Below, one piece after another: positions 11,419 to 23,713 of a DNA stretch of 64,000 bases. The DNA lies in assembly GCA_964187785.1 (NCBI GenBank), contig OZ076409.1, forward strand, positions 90,336,001 to 90,400,000, given 5' to 3'. The notes under the pieces are model-generated. The model was not told the origin of the DNA. It saw only the letters and a program-made list of their open reading frames with translations, and searched no databases. The position numbers and the translations under genes were made by a program. The first letter of the stretch is position 1, and the number at the start of each line of letters is the position of its first letter. Source of the DNA: Amphiscolops sp. MND2022 (lineage: Eukaryota).

Positions 11419-14286
11419 CTAACTGGGTGGCTGTACAAAATACTGTTTCTGCATCTTCTTTTGCTTCATTCTTCTGTTCTGGAACCACGTTTTGACCTGA
11501 AAACATTTTGAAAAATTAGCTTAAACTATGAATTCACCACTTAATGCGATTTGAAAATCTTTTCAAATGATTGTTATCGAAGAAGCTTTCCGAAAATTCA
11601 AAGTCAACATGAAATGTTAGAAAACCGGATCAAATATTGTGAAACATCTTATACATTTTTTTTACTTTGGGTTTCTTTTTTTGTATTAGACGGTTTGAAA
11701 AAAGTCAATTCAGTAGCAATGATATAAAATGAGATGAACTTCGTTGCAATTTTTTTTTCAAAAGATAACTGTAACTCGAATTCAATTCGATAACTGAGAA
11801 AATTCAATTATTGACAATTTCTTGCGAAACGCTAAAACAATAATACTTGACTTCAAATCCTAATTGAGACACTGTTGTGGTTTTGACAAGCCAATTTGGC
11901 GATAGTACCAAGTTGATTAGAATGGTTCCCAAATATTCTGCTTTGTTTCCGCTTTTTTGTGCAAACATTTGTTTTTTAGCATACAACTCAAAGAATAAAA
12001 ATCTACTTCCAAGGTTAATTTGTTCTGTTGAATATAGATAATCATTCTCAAACTTTTTCAAACTCAAAACTGTAAAAGAAACTCAAAGTGTATAAAAAGC
12101 AAATTTTTTGTTGATTTTTGCATATGCAGAACGTTAAATTGGAGTAAATCTTAGGAGGTACCAACTTGAGTTTCAGTCAGGTTAAACTGGGCAGCGATCT
12201 CTATTCTCTCGGGGGTGGACAGATAGCGCTGTTGTTGGAACTTGCGTTCTAGTCCGTGCAGCTGTCCGTCACTGAACACCGTTCTTGCCTTCCTCCTTCG
12301 ATAGATCCTCATTCGGGGGTCTTGTGAGATCAGGCAGTTCATCAGAGGACTCAACCCTAAAGCCACAATTGATTCATTCACTCAAAACCTTCTTTTTTAA
12401 AATAAAAATAAATCTTGGAATTAATTGAATTTTTTGTTATTCTGAATTCATTTTTTGTCGTATGTGAACTGTATTGGATATGCTTTAGAGTATATGATAA
12501 AACTAATTTCGCAATAAACTGAATTTTTTGTTAGTTTGAATTTAACCTTTGATGTGTGTGAACTGTATTGATTATACTTTATTTATAATGTAAATTATAA
12601 AATATAGTATATTATAAAATTTTGTCAATCGAAGTTCTGAACATTGAAAACTTTGAATTGAAATCTGGATAAATTTTGTTCCGGAGATCGGAGAAGGAAA
12701 ATAATCGGCACGAGTATTAATTTTCTCAAAATTTTCTCAAATTTGATCATTCTATCAGAACGTATCATAGCAAAAAATTCACACCTGTTTTATACAATGT
12801 GGGAACCATCGAATTGTACATTATATTCGCTGAATGGCCCATGAGGTGAAAATTGGCCTCACTGCTCGGGTACGGAAATTGTGAGGGCGAAACTTCTGCG
12901 CTGTTGGGCAAAAACAAGAAAGGGGGTCTCTCTTCCTCTAGAGGTAACAAAGGCTTGGTGCTGTACTGATAGGGAGTGAGCAAAGGGTTCTGGAAAAGGT
13001 GTGCATTGCTCGGAGGCGTGACTTGTTGAGTTTGCAAAAGACCTGGAAAATAGAACAGTTAACCTGGTTGAGAAAAATGCTTTCCTTGCAAAAATTTTGC
13101 AAAAATTTTTCAAGATCTTGTAAAATAATGCATTTTCTTTAGATTCTTGCTTAAAATGCACTCCAAGGAATATATTTATTTGCAAAATCTTGCAAGAAGT
13201 GTGTTAAAAGCAGGGATCTTGCTAGGTTCTAGTAAAGATTGAATTTTCCCCCACCAGGGTAGTTTTGTAATACTGTGTAATATGTCCCTTTAAAATATGT
13301 ACCAAATAAGTAAAAAATATATCGGTCATTGCTAAATATAATTTCTTGTTTTTCTGCCGTATTTCCTGAAATGATTTAAAAACCTGTTTTATCACAAAGA
13401 TTTATGTAATCTCACAGTCAAAATGTATTCATTTTTCTGAACCCTTTTTTAACTCTTTGAAAATTTAATTTTCAAGCATTCATAAACCAATTCCAAGCAA
13501 CCTCACAATTGGAGAAATTTTTCAAGCAGAACTCAGAGTAGAAACTACTATTACTCAAATGAACAAGGTTACGCAAACCTGAATTACTGCAAGGCGATCT
13601 TGGCGGAATACAAAGTTTCTTCAATTCAAAATTAGGGTCGATTATTTTATCGTCATGCTCGTCTTTAGCTTGTTCATTTGTTTCTTCTGAATCTTCCTCC
13701 TGTTTGAAAGGAAGACTTTCTGAATGCGTTCTGGAAGCTGTCGTCCCTTTAGTGTTTGAAATACCGATTACGTCGATATCGGAATTGGTATCGTTGTCAT
13801 CGCTATCGTAGCAATCGACAGTGAGTAGTGTGTCAATGCTGAAAATCAACAAAAATCTTCATCAATTTCAAAACATTGTCTCTTCTAAGTCTTATTATAC
13901 TTAAATGAACTAATTCCGTGAAATCTTCAAGAACACACCGACTTTTTGTTTATAAATGTATCAAGAAAAATTTTCGCAAAAAATTTTATTTTGTCTGTCA
14001 TGAAAAGTCCGCAATATGAGAAGAAGTACCGAAATTAGAAACTCTCCAAATGCCAAAATTGGAAAGATATGTAACATAAAATGTTGTTCGACCCAACAAA
14101 AGTATTGAAGTTTTTTGGCTTTGAAAGCAATAATAAATCGAAAATCTGATCTCGTCGTTTTTATTCAGGTTGAAAATTGAATTTATTCAAGTTGCGTGTC
14201 GAATTTTTTGAAACTTAAAGAAGTTTTTAAAAACATACCTTAAGTCTTGTTAACACATACCTGAAGTCTGTTGTCTTTTTGCTCAT
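11419..14286 (-). CDS. Bsx: Brain-specific homeobox (Bsx/bsh) transcription factor, 5 exons, about 270 aa
   Basis: Exons 14286-14261 (MSKKTTDFS), 13838-13579, 13042-12785, 12356-12166 and 11496-11419; all introns GT-AG with matching phases (2,1,1,0); 813 nt in total. Homeodomain [59 protein letters not shown] is Bsx-type; N-terminal eh1 FSIDTLL. The exon 2 donor is the least certain boundary. Confidence 0.92.
13063..13259. mobile_element. Small MITE-like insertion in Bsx intron 2
   Basis: Imperfect TIRs cctggttgagaaaaat / aattttcccccaccaggg(ta) and internal cttgcaa repeats. Confidence 0.5.
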
Positions 14287-16239
14287 GATTAGGTTTGCAT
14301 ATGTCAAATGCGAAATGTCGCCTAGTCCCTGTTTCAGGGGGAAAAGGGGAGAGTGAAAATGGGAGAGGGAAGGGTGCTAAAGGTATTTTTGTCAGGTGAT
14401 TAGTTAATGATCGGAGGAGTTAAGGTGATAGATATCTGACGGTGTTAACTTTTGTCACAATCAAACTTATCCCAACTATGAGCAGTATATTAACTACAGA
14501 AGCAGAGAAGAACAGAGCAGTAGTTAGTTATTGGTAATCCGGGTAATAAAAATAAAAATAGCGGGATAGAAATATTTGTGGAGAGGCGAACGGCGAACAG
14601 GCAGTTGACTAGCTAGAGAGAGAGAGAAGTTTGTTGCAGTTGGGTGGAATGGAGACTTTTGATTGCAGGAGCTGTTGGCGGTGGGAGAAGTGTGAATTGG
14701 CGGCCGGCGTGTGATTTGTGGAAGTTGACAGTAGCAATTGCCAGGGCTGAGCCGGTTTTCATTGGCCAGACCATAAATCGTTATCTGTTAACACCTACCG
14801 TGTATGTTGTGATAGGGGATTAAAAATTTACGATTTAATAATTACTCTTTGACTGTTGCGTGATTGGGAACAGAAAAGAAAACAGAAATTACGGCTATTT
14901 AAATGATTTTAGACGACGTCTTCATTTCTCCCATAACTCCAATCGTCTCCATCTTCAATATAAATTCTCGACAACTGGCAAAATTGCAAATTGACACCAA
15001 ATGTTGGTAATCTCTCGTTTTGGTTTGAAATTCTGCCAGCAGAGCCTCGTTGTCTGGGCTCAACGTTTGAGAATTACATTGAATCATTAAATCAAATCAT
15101 TTTACTTCTTTAGCGTCACAATTAAATTGCTTATCAGACAAGCAAAAACATTCTCCCGTTTTTTCCTGTCATCTTTTAGAGGCACTACAAATCCTCCGCC
15201 CCGGGAATTCCTCAGCTGGGTTCGGCTTAATTTCAGAGTCAAATCACTATTAAAGCGCCCGTTTCGGTTTAACATTCCTAAAGATCAGCTAAATTAAATC
15301 AGCACTTCAGATATGCAATCCTTATAGGATCATATTAGCGACCCCATGAAAGAATTTTTCCTAATTTCTCAAGCTTCGTCTTTAATATTCTCATTAAACA
15401 AGTAATAAAATCCTAATAAAAAAGTTAAGAAAAAGCAAAATTTCCTCCGGGCTCCCTTGAAGTTTATCCACAATCGCCGAAAAGGAGCCTAATTTTTGTG
15501 ACACCTCGCTTGCGGTGCGGTTACCATGGATCCAGCAGCTGGAACGAAACCAATTGGTCCTCTGGTCACTGAAAACAAACAATACCATTTGCTGGCTAAC
15601 GAAAAACTGCAAGTCCTCAAACTGCACTCCATAATTGCTCTTTTCACGTCAAGTAACTCTTTGAAGGCTGGGAAACAATCGACCCAGGATTTGGTTTAAA
15701 TCTCTTAAATTTTTTGTCTGACCTCAACTTTTTGGGAATTAGGTTTGAAAATAGAGTAAGATGAGACAGAAAGTGTGATTCATTCCCACGACCGAGAAAA
15801 ACAACACGGAATGTTTCACCATAACGCTGTATTCTTTATTTCAGATCTTTGATAACGTAAAATTGGTTGAAAAACATTCCTGCGAAACATAAAACTTGGG
15901 AATTTTCAACAAAACAGGTAAAGAGTTGACCTTTCGAATTCGGATTCAAATGGACCCTTTGTGTGACATCGGAGAAAACAAAACGGAACGTCTGAAGATG
16001 GTCCTCTACTGGAGACTCGAAAAATTCAATATTATAAAAAAGTGGAAACACTTGTTCATGGAAAAGTTGCAAAATGCCTGTTGTATTCTATTTGAAGCTT
16101 GTAAAAGAATCGTTGTATAAAATTCAACTGTTCTCTAGCTATCTCTTTTTTCATTATCATCAAGTGATAAACTTCATCTGCTCTTAAGTGGCAGGCAGGT
16201 ACAAAACTATAAATAGCATCAATATAACAATAAGGCAGA

Positions 16240-17118
16240 CTAATTAGTTTTTGTTAGAGTTTGTCTGTCCTCTACATTCCCCCCCTTACTATTGGCTGAT
16301 GATCGGCCAATGGGGTTGTTGGAATGTTTGTTGTGGCGGATATTCCTCCACTGGTCCAGTTTCTGGTGGACGGTTGACCGTTCCTGGCAGCTTTGTTTGT
16401 TCCGGTTCGCGATTGGCCGTAACGTCTGAATGTGTGTGTCTGACCGGTCTAGAGATCGTCTTCTTTCCCCTCCGGTTGTGCTGTTGGTTGATCCGGTGTT
16501 GCCGAATTCAGTCTGTTTACGGTGTTTCCTGTAATCATGACAAATGGGATTATTATATTTAATGATTGGGTTGGTTTTTGTCAGTCTCTTTGATCTGCGA
16601 ATGGGTTCCTTTTCTTTCTTGTCAATTTCAGTGCTTGAGCTCAAATTGCTCACTAAGTCTAGATCAGAATTTTCAAAGTTATCTTCTAAAGCGTTCTGGT
16701 TGGGGTTATTATTAATAAGTACCTTACCGTTTTCATCTCTGAGAAAAAGTTCTTGGTCCGCGTTTTTGGTGTCGGTTATGGCACGGTCTATTTCCGTGTC
16801 CGTCATATTTGCTGTGACTATGGTTAGTGGGCCCGTTGTAGTTGCTGCTTGTGGAGAGTTTGAGGTTGCACGGTCTCGAACCAACTTTGGTCTGCCTCTC
16901 CCGGTTGTGCCCGTTTTGATTGTTGTATTGGGTAGTGGTTCCGGGGTTTTTGGACTTGTTGTATCCATTAATGGCGTCTCTGACTCGCTGTCCGATTCGA
17001 TTACCATCGTTCGTCTGTGTTTGGACGGTGATGTGATAAATCGGCCGTCTGGTCGACGTGGCCCGATCCCTCTGTTGTTCTGGTCCTGGTTAAAGTTAGA
17101 AATTGGTTTACTTATCAT
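16240..17118 (-). CDS. Residual post-integrase C-terminal Pol tail
   Basis: 292-aa low-complexity ORF preceded in frame by RNKFESAYSDKPQLAVSGTKHTITTPNGRILHRK; runs through the PPT into the LTR. No RT, RH or IN core present. Confidence 0.6.
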   Translation of the reverse strand: MISKPISNFNQDQNNRGIGPRRPDGRFITSPSKHRRTMVIESDSESETPLMDTTSPKTPEPLPNTTIKTGTTGRGRPKLVRDRATSNSPQAATTTGPLTIVTANMTDTEIDRAITDTKNADQELFLRDENGKVLINNNPNQNALEDNFENSDLDLVSNLSSSTEIDKKEKEPIRRSKRLTKTNPIIKYNNPICHDYRKHRKQTEFGNTGSTNSTTGGERRRSLDRSDTHIQTLRPIANRNKQSCQERSTVHQKLDQWRNIRHNKHSNNPIGRSSANSKGGNVEDRQTLTKTN

Positions 17119-17257
17119 TTTCCTATGTAGGATTCTACCATTTGGTGTGGTTATGGTATGTTTAGTGCCCGATACTGCTAATTGTGGTTTATCGGAATAT
17201 GCACTTTCGAATTTATTACGTTTGTGTTTTTTTTCTAAGAAGAAAAATGGATAGTTA

Positions 17258-17800
17258 CTAACTCCTTTTGCGTTTTTCTTCGTCTTCTAGTATTCGTTTC
17301 CATACATCCGCCGCGGACTCTCCGTCTTCCCGTTTGAGGTCGAAGAAATCGGCTCTGCTGTGTTGAACATTTCTTTCCGGAGTGAAATGTAACCGGAATA
17401 ATGTATATAATTTGTATAACGGGAGTGAGCTTGGTTCTCTTTCTCTAACCGTCTTGGTCATTTCCGTGATTGCGTTTTGTCCAATTGCCCATAGGAATAT
17501 GTCCTTTATTTCCGTTTCCAGTTGGTCACGGTATTGTGGTAATATTTCCTTGTTGTTTGTCATCTTTGATAAATCCAAGTCCTTGGTCATTTTTATATAC
17601 TGTACGAACTTTCGCCACCACATGTTGGCGTTGGTGTGATCTTGTTTTTCGAATGTTGGGATGGTTAATTTTTGTGTACACGTCCGTTCATTGGTTCTAT
17701 TGAGTGTGTCGTTTGGTAGCGGTTGGTCACTCGAGTGATTTCCCGCCGGCGTCCTGTTGGTGGCTCCGTTCCGTGGAGTAGTGTTTGTGTTGTCGTTCAT
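17258..17800 (-). CDS. Truncated Gag (N-terminal part)
   Basis: 180-aa ORF just after the PBS with Gag-like LFRLHFTPERNVQHSRADFFDLKREDGESAADVWKRI; ends at the deletion junction. Confidence 0.75.
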   Translation of the reverse strand: MNDNTNTTPRNGATNRTPAGNHSSDQPLPNDTLNRTNERTCTQKLTIPTFEKQDHTNANMWWRKFVQYIKMTKDLDLSKMTNNKEILPQYRDQLETEIKDIFLWAIGQNAITEMTKTVREREPSSLPLYKLYTLFRLHFTPERNVQHSRADFFDLKREDGESAADVWKRILEDEEKRKRS

Positions 17801-18599
17801 CTTTGGAGTTGATGTGCTTGTTCTTTAGTAACTCTACGGTTACACTGACTGCGCCATGTTGTATTCTATTTGAAGCTTGTAAAAGAATCGTTGTATAAAA
17901 TTCAACTGTTCTCTAGCTATCTCTTTTTTCATTATCATCAAGTGATAAACTTCATCTGCTCTTAAGTGGCAGGCAGGTACAAAACTATAAATAGCATCAA
18001 TATAACAATAAGGCAGACTAATTAGTTTTTGTTAGAGTTTGTCTGTCCTCTACAATGCCGTAAAATGATCAAAGCGAGACCCTTTGGACAGAAAAGTCAA
18101 ACGAACCAGAAAGATGCAACAACTAAATACAATTATGAACCTTGTTAATTGCACTATGAACCTTGAAATCTCTGAAACGAGGCAATGAACCATCTACCCA
18201 GTCAAAAGTTATACTAAGTGAACCAAACAAACGGACCGCACAATTATTTGCGTCTTCAAAATGGTATTATTTGTAAACAAGACACTGAAATTTTTGTTTT
18301 TTTTCTCAATCAATTTGATCTTATAACGCAATCTTCAACTACGATCACCAACGTTTTCAACTAAGGCTCGCTCGAACTTCTAGACTATTTAACCAGTCAT
18401 TTCGTTCTCATTTCTGATGTGTGAAAGTTATTTAACTTCGAAGAAGTGTCACCAATTCGAATTGATTGGCAGCAGCATTTAAAGTTTTGGAACACTGGTT
18501 CAAAAGTATTTCGAGCTTTCGAAAATTTTTATGCTTTTTTTTGTTCACCTTGACCTTGTGTACAGAGGTTGTGGCTGCTCATTTGAAATATGAAACGTT

Positions 18600-19440
18600 T
18601 GTTCTCGCGTCTCTTCAATGACTGTCTCTCGAAAGAATTAGTTTTTTTGGAGTTCATTTCTAGTACAACCAGTCGAAAGAAAGTTGACCAATTGAATGTC
18701 ACGAATGAAAAATCATTTCCCCGATTCCGTCGGTGGACGTCAAATAAGCAGCTGCGTTCCAAGTCGGCGCCCATTTTCGGATACGTTGCGTTTTTTTTGT
18801 TTTCCCGCCATATGCGTCGTGGCCATATCACTAAGATTGGGATGAAGGAGTTGCTTAAGACCCATTGATGGCGAGTTGAGTGAGGTTCAAACTTGTCGGG
18901 CCACTCTTTTCTTCAAAATTCCTAGCCAGACTCTGGTGGTGCTTTCCAGTCAACAATAGCTGCAATACTGAAACAATTGTTCGGGATTGACTTTCTTGAT
19001 TGCCTAGTTTCTAGTTGGCGTGGGTTTCTTCCTATTATGTTCTCTTTTCTGTCAAGCTGATCATCTAGCAGCAATGAAAATTTCAAAAAAACTTCCTTTT
19101 TTCGGCCACGTTATTTTTTGTCTGAATTCGAGTAGCGTGGGAAGAGTTTTAATGTCCTCAGTTGGTCCTGGTATTTGAGTTTTTCCGAAATACTCGTAAC
19201 TACTTGAATGCTCGTCTCCGGGTAGTTACTGGTTTCATTTGCGTTTCTCCAAGTACTGCTGGCTTCCATGAGCATGAGTGGTTAACATATTTCAAGATGA
19301 ACCCTCGACAAAGCTTCGTACAATATTTCCACGATGCTTGAAGTGACAATGACAGCGCCTTTTTGTAGCAAAGTAATCACGCTTTCGGGTGTTTTTGTTT
19401 TCTCAGCGATGTGCTGAGGATCTGAAAAAGTTCTTCTTTA
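18600..19440 (-). pseudogene. Possible degenerate DDE integrase (Ginger/TDD-like) remnant, partly repeated at about 21480-22120
   Basis: Frameshifted pieces EILYEALSRVHLE, HHTTRVWLGILKKRVARQV, MGLKQVLHPNVSD and YPKMGADLER resemble rve integrase motifs in the expected order. Confidence 0.35.
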
Positions 19441-20331
19441 CTCAGACCATTTTCCTGAATTACATTGCTAATGGAAGTTTTGCTCCCCTTGAAAAAAGAT
19501 TTCAAACTCTGGAGGACAAACATAAATGCTCTACTTAGTACCTAAAAAGTTTTAAACTTGCTTTGTTTTTTCAAATCTTGTTACTTTAGTCCTCAAAGTT
19601 GATACTTTACAGACGATTTCCCTAATCTCAAAAAGTATATTCTAAAAATCCCCCATGGCCCAGCTGATGTTTTCTAATGTTTTCAAATAATTTATTTAAT
19701 GGACATGCGTCTCTGGTATTTGGTACCAGCCTCCATTGGGTCTTTTTGAGTGCTCAAACTTATGTGCAATTCACGCCGACCGAGTTATGATCAATGGATC
19801 AACAGACATCCACACTTGCGACTTGCGACACGTGTCAATAGTAGTGAACTACTAACTTACATTTGACATTTAAAAAGCAGGATCATTCGTACTGGAATAC
19901 AAAAGGTCTTCTGAAAGAAAAGGCTATGCTTGAGAACATTGGGAAATCAGACAAGCAGCCGAGAGAAAAAAGTTTTTCTCAAGAAATCTATTACTTTTCT
20001 GATGTTTTTGACATTTACACTGAGAAAAAGCGTTTTTCGGGCCTTAGAGGTAAATTCCTTGCAAATTGTAATTGGTACAATGTGACTAACGAGTGTTCTC
20101 GCAATATTGGATCCTAATAATTAATGTTCATGGGTCTAAAGAAAATACTGCCGAATTTTTGAACTATGTGAATATGTCGCAAACATTTTTGTTTTTTCAC
20201 TGGAGTTTCATTCCTTCTGATTTTTAAATTGTTTCGATATTTTAGGCACTGTTTTCCAACGAAGAAAATATTTAAAAGCGAATGCAACTATCTGATCAAT
20301 TTTGCCCAATTGGGACTGGCAAGGAAAAATG

Positions 20332-20934
20332 AACAAGACGGGAACGTCTAAAGTCGGCGCTATATCTAAGGCTAAATAAAAGAGCGCAACGTTTTTTAAA
20401 TGTGCCCAGGACGTATTCATGAAAAGCTTTGAAAACAGTTTCGAGACACCCAAAGTGTGCCTTTCATGCTCGATATGACTGGGAAATCAGGATTTCCCCG
20501 ACTGGGAACAAAAAAAATTATTGAAAAAGACTTCGTACCTTTTTCTTTCGAAAAATGCCGCAGTGCCGAAAAATGAAAAGGGGGGACCCTATGGGATTCA
20601 TTAACATACATTCCGTTGCAAAATATCAAAAAACTCGAAGGGGGACTCTTTTGAGACATTAAAAAACTTTCGAAAAAAATTCGCACAGTGCCTAAAAAAT
20701 TGAAAGGGGGGACCCTTTGGTCTCGTCCGGTTTTGTAGGTCACGTGAAAAAGGTAAAAAATGAAAGGGGGACCCTTTGCACTAAGATTGCATTGGCCGGG
20801 CTTGGCCGGAGTAGTTTTAGTAGTTTCTGTAAAAATGGTACATACACGATGAGGTATGGTCTGTTGTCTGACGAAAAAAAAGCTAGCCACGGTAATAGTC
20901 GGGCTCTTTTCACTAAAAAAGCGCCGGCTAAAAA
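20332..20934 (-). mobile_element. Helentron-associated non-autonomous element (HINE/DINE-like)
   Basis: Subterminal inverted repeat AGTCGGCGCT/AGCGCCG(G/A)CT, a 5' stem-loop (tagtcgg...ccgacta) and a 3' end gacgttcccgtcttgtt; no TSD. Confidence 0.65.
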
Positions 20935-22997
20935 GAAACATTATTAAATGCTGAAACACACCAGTTGCTGGCAGTAATAGTTGAGAAAAAAGTCATTATT
21001 AGGAGAAATGGTGGAAAACTCATTTTCACATAGCCTTTTCGGAACTTTTTTTAGCGGGCGCTTTTCGTTAGGAAAAACCGACATTAGCAGTTGCTTTTTC
21101 AAGACCAGCTTACTGACTCATTTCTATAAGGATTTCTATGAGTTGTGGTTCAGTAACTTCTTACTGGCACCCGTCAATTCACCTAATGGTAACAGCGTTT
21201 GGGCCATTTTCTCAAAATCAGTTTACGTGGGTTGGAACTATTGCGGTGGACCAAAATGCTTGCAAAAGTTGAGGTGAGACAAAAGGGTCACTTTTTAGTT
21301 TTTTTCGGCATCATGCGACATTTTTCTGAAAAACTTTATATCGAAGTGCCTCTTTTCAATTTTTGCAGAATCAAAGACTTTTGCTAGCAAAGGGGCCCTC
21401 TTAGGGTTTTCGGCACAATGAGAGTTATCGAAAAAAATTTAAAAATTTTGATGAACGTTTGGGAAACGTTTGATGCGTCATGGCCATATCACTAACATTG
21501 GGATGAAGGACTTGCTTAAGACCCATTCATGGCGAGCTGAGTGAGGTTCAAACTTGTCGGGCCACTCTTTTCTTCAAAATTCCTAGCCAGACTCTGGTGG
21601 TGTGGTGCTTTCCAGTCAACAATAGCTGCAATACTGAAACAATTGTTCGGGATTGGCTTTCTTGATTGTCTAGTTTCCAGTTGGCGTGGGTTTCTTCCTG
21701 TTTTGTTCTCTTTTCTGTCAAGTTTATCATCTAGCAGCAATGAACGAAAATTTCAAAAAATTTTCTTTTTTTCGGCCACGTTTTTTTCTGTCTGAATTCG
21801 AGTAGTGTGGGAAGAGTTTTAATGTCCTCAGTTGGTCCTGGTATTTGAGTTTTTCCGAAATACTCGTATCTACTTGAATGCTCGTCTCGGGGTAGTTACT
21901 GGTTTCATTGGCGTTTCGCCAAGTACGGCTGGCTTCCATGAGCATGAGTGGTTAACATATTTTGAGATGAACCCTCGACAAAACTTCGTACAATATTTCC
22001 ACGATGCTTGAAGTGACAATGACAGCGCCTTTTTGTAGCAAAGTAATCACGCTTTCGGGTGTTTTTGTTTTCTCAGCGATGTGCTGAGGATCTGAAAAAA
22101 TTCTTCTTTACTCAGACCATTTTCCTGAATTACATTGCTAATGGAATTTTTGCTCCCCTTGAAAAGATTTCAAACTCCGGAGGACAAACATAATTGCTCT
22201 ACTTAGTACCTAAAAAGTTTTAAACTTGCTTTGTTTTCAAATCTTGTTACTTTAGTTCTCAAAGTTGATACTTTACAGACGATTTCCCTAATCTCAAAAA
22301 GTATATTCTAAAAATCCCCCATGGCCCAGCTGATGTTTTCTAATGTTTTCTAATACTTTATTTAATGGACATGCGTCACTGGTATTTGGTACCATCCTCC
22401 ATTGGGTCTTTTTGAGTGCTCAAACTAATGTGCAATTCACGCCGACCGAGTTATGATCAATGGATCAACAGACATCCACACTTGCGACACGTGTCAATAG
22501 TAGTGAACTACTAACTTACATTTGACATTTAAAAAGCAGGATCATTCGTACTGGAATACAAAAGGTCTTCTGAAAGAAAAGGCTTTGCATGAGAAACATT
22601 GGGAAATCAGACAGGCAGCCGAGAGAAAAAAACTTTTCTCAAGAAATCTATTACTTTTCTGATGTTTTTGACATTTACACTGAGAAAAAGCGTTTTTCGG
22701 GCCTTAGAGGTAAATTCCTTGCAAATTGTAATTGGTACAATGTGACTGACGAGTGTTCTCGCAATATTGGATCCTAATAATTAATGTTTTATTGTTCATG
22801 GGTCTAAAGAAAATACTGCCGAACTTTTGAACTATGTGAATATGTCGCAAACATTTTTGTTTGCACTGGAGTTTCATTCCTTCTGATTTTAAAATTGTTT
22901 CGATATTTTAGGCACTGTTTTCCAACGAAGAAAATATTTAAAAGCGAATGCAACTATCTGATCAATTTTGCCCAATTGGGACTGGCAAGGAAAAATG

Positions 22998-23600
22998 AAC
23001 AAGACGGGAACGTCTAAAGTCGGCGCTATATCTAAGGCTAAATAAAAGAGCGCAACGTTTTTTAAATGTGCCCAGGACGTATTCATGAAAAGCTTTGAAA
23101 ACAGTTTCGAGACACCCAAAGTGTGCCTTTCATGCTCGATATGACTGGGAAATCAGGTTTTCCCCGACTGGGAACAAAAAAAATTATTGAAAAAGACTTC
23201 GTACTTTTTTCTTTCGAAAAATACTGCAGTGCCGAAAAATGAAAAGGGGGGACCCTATGGGATTCATTAACATACATTCCGTTGCAAAATATCAAAAAAC
23301 TCGAAGGGGGACTCTTTTGAGACATTAAAAAATTTTCGAAAAAAAATTCGCACAGTGCCTAAAAAATTGAAATGGGGGACCCTTTGGTCTCGTCCGGTTT
23401 TGTAGGTCACGTGAAAAAGGTAAAAAATGAAAGGGGGACCCTTTGCACTAAGTTTGCATTGGCCGGGCTTGGCCTGAGTAGTTTTAGTAGTTTCTGTAAA
23501 AATGGTACATACACGATGAGGTATTGTCTGTTGTCTGACGAAAAAAAGCTAGCCACGGTAATAGTCGGGCTCTTTTCACTAAAAAAGCGCCGACTAAAAA
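22998..23600 (-). mobile_element. HINE-like element, duplicated copy
   Basis: Same structure as 20332-20934. Confidence 0.65.
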
Positions 23601-23713
23601 GAAACATTATTAAATGCTGAAACACACCAGTTGCTGGCAGTAATAGTTGAGAAAAAAGTCATTATTAGGAGAAATGGTGAAAAACTCATTTTCACATAGC
23701 CTTTTCGGAACTT

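Larger units (their letters stand above)
16079..18054 (-). mobile_element. Young, internally deleted Gypsy-type LTR retroelement (1976 bp)
   Basis: Identical 198-bp LTRs at 16079-16276 and 17857-18054 (TG..CA); TSD ATGCC; PBS TGGCGCAGTCAG (tRNA-Ser-like) next to the right LTR; PPT AAGGGGGGAA next to the left LTR. Confidence 0.96.

Noticed and set aside
12420..12580. Diverged duplication (about 93-bp period) in Bsx intron 3
   Set aside because: Ordinary AT-rich local duplication with no functional signal.
16544..17254. 236-aa hydrophobic plus-strand ORF
   Set aside because: Antisense shadow of the retroelement ORF.
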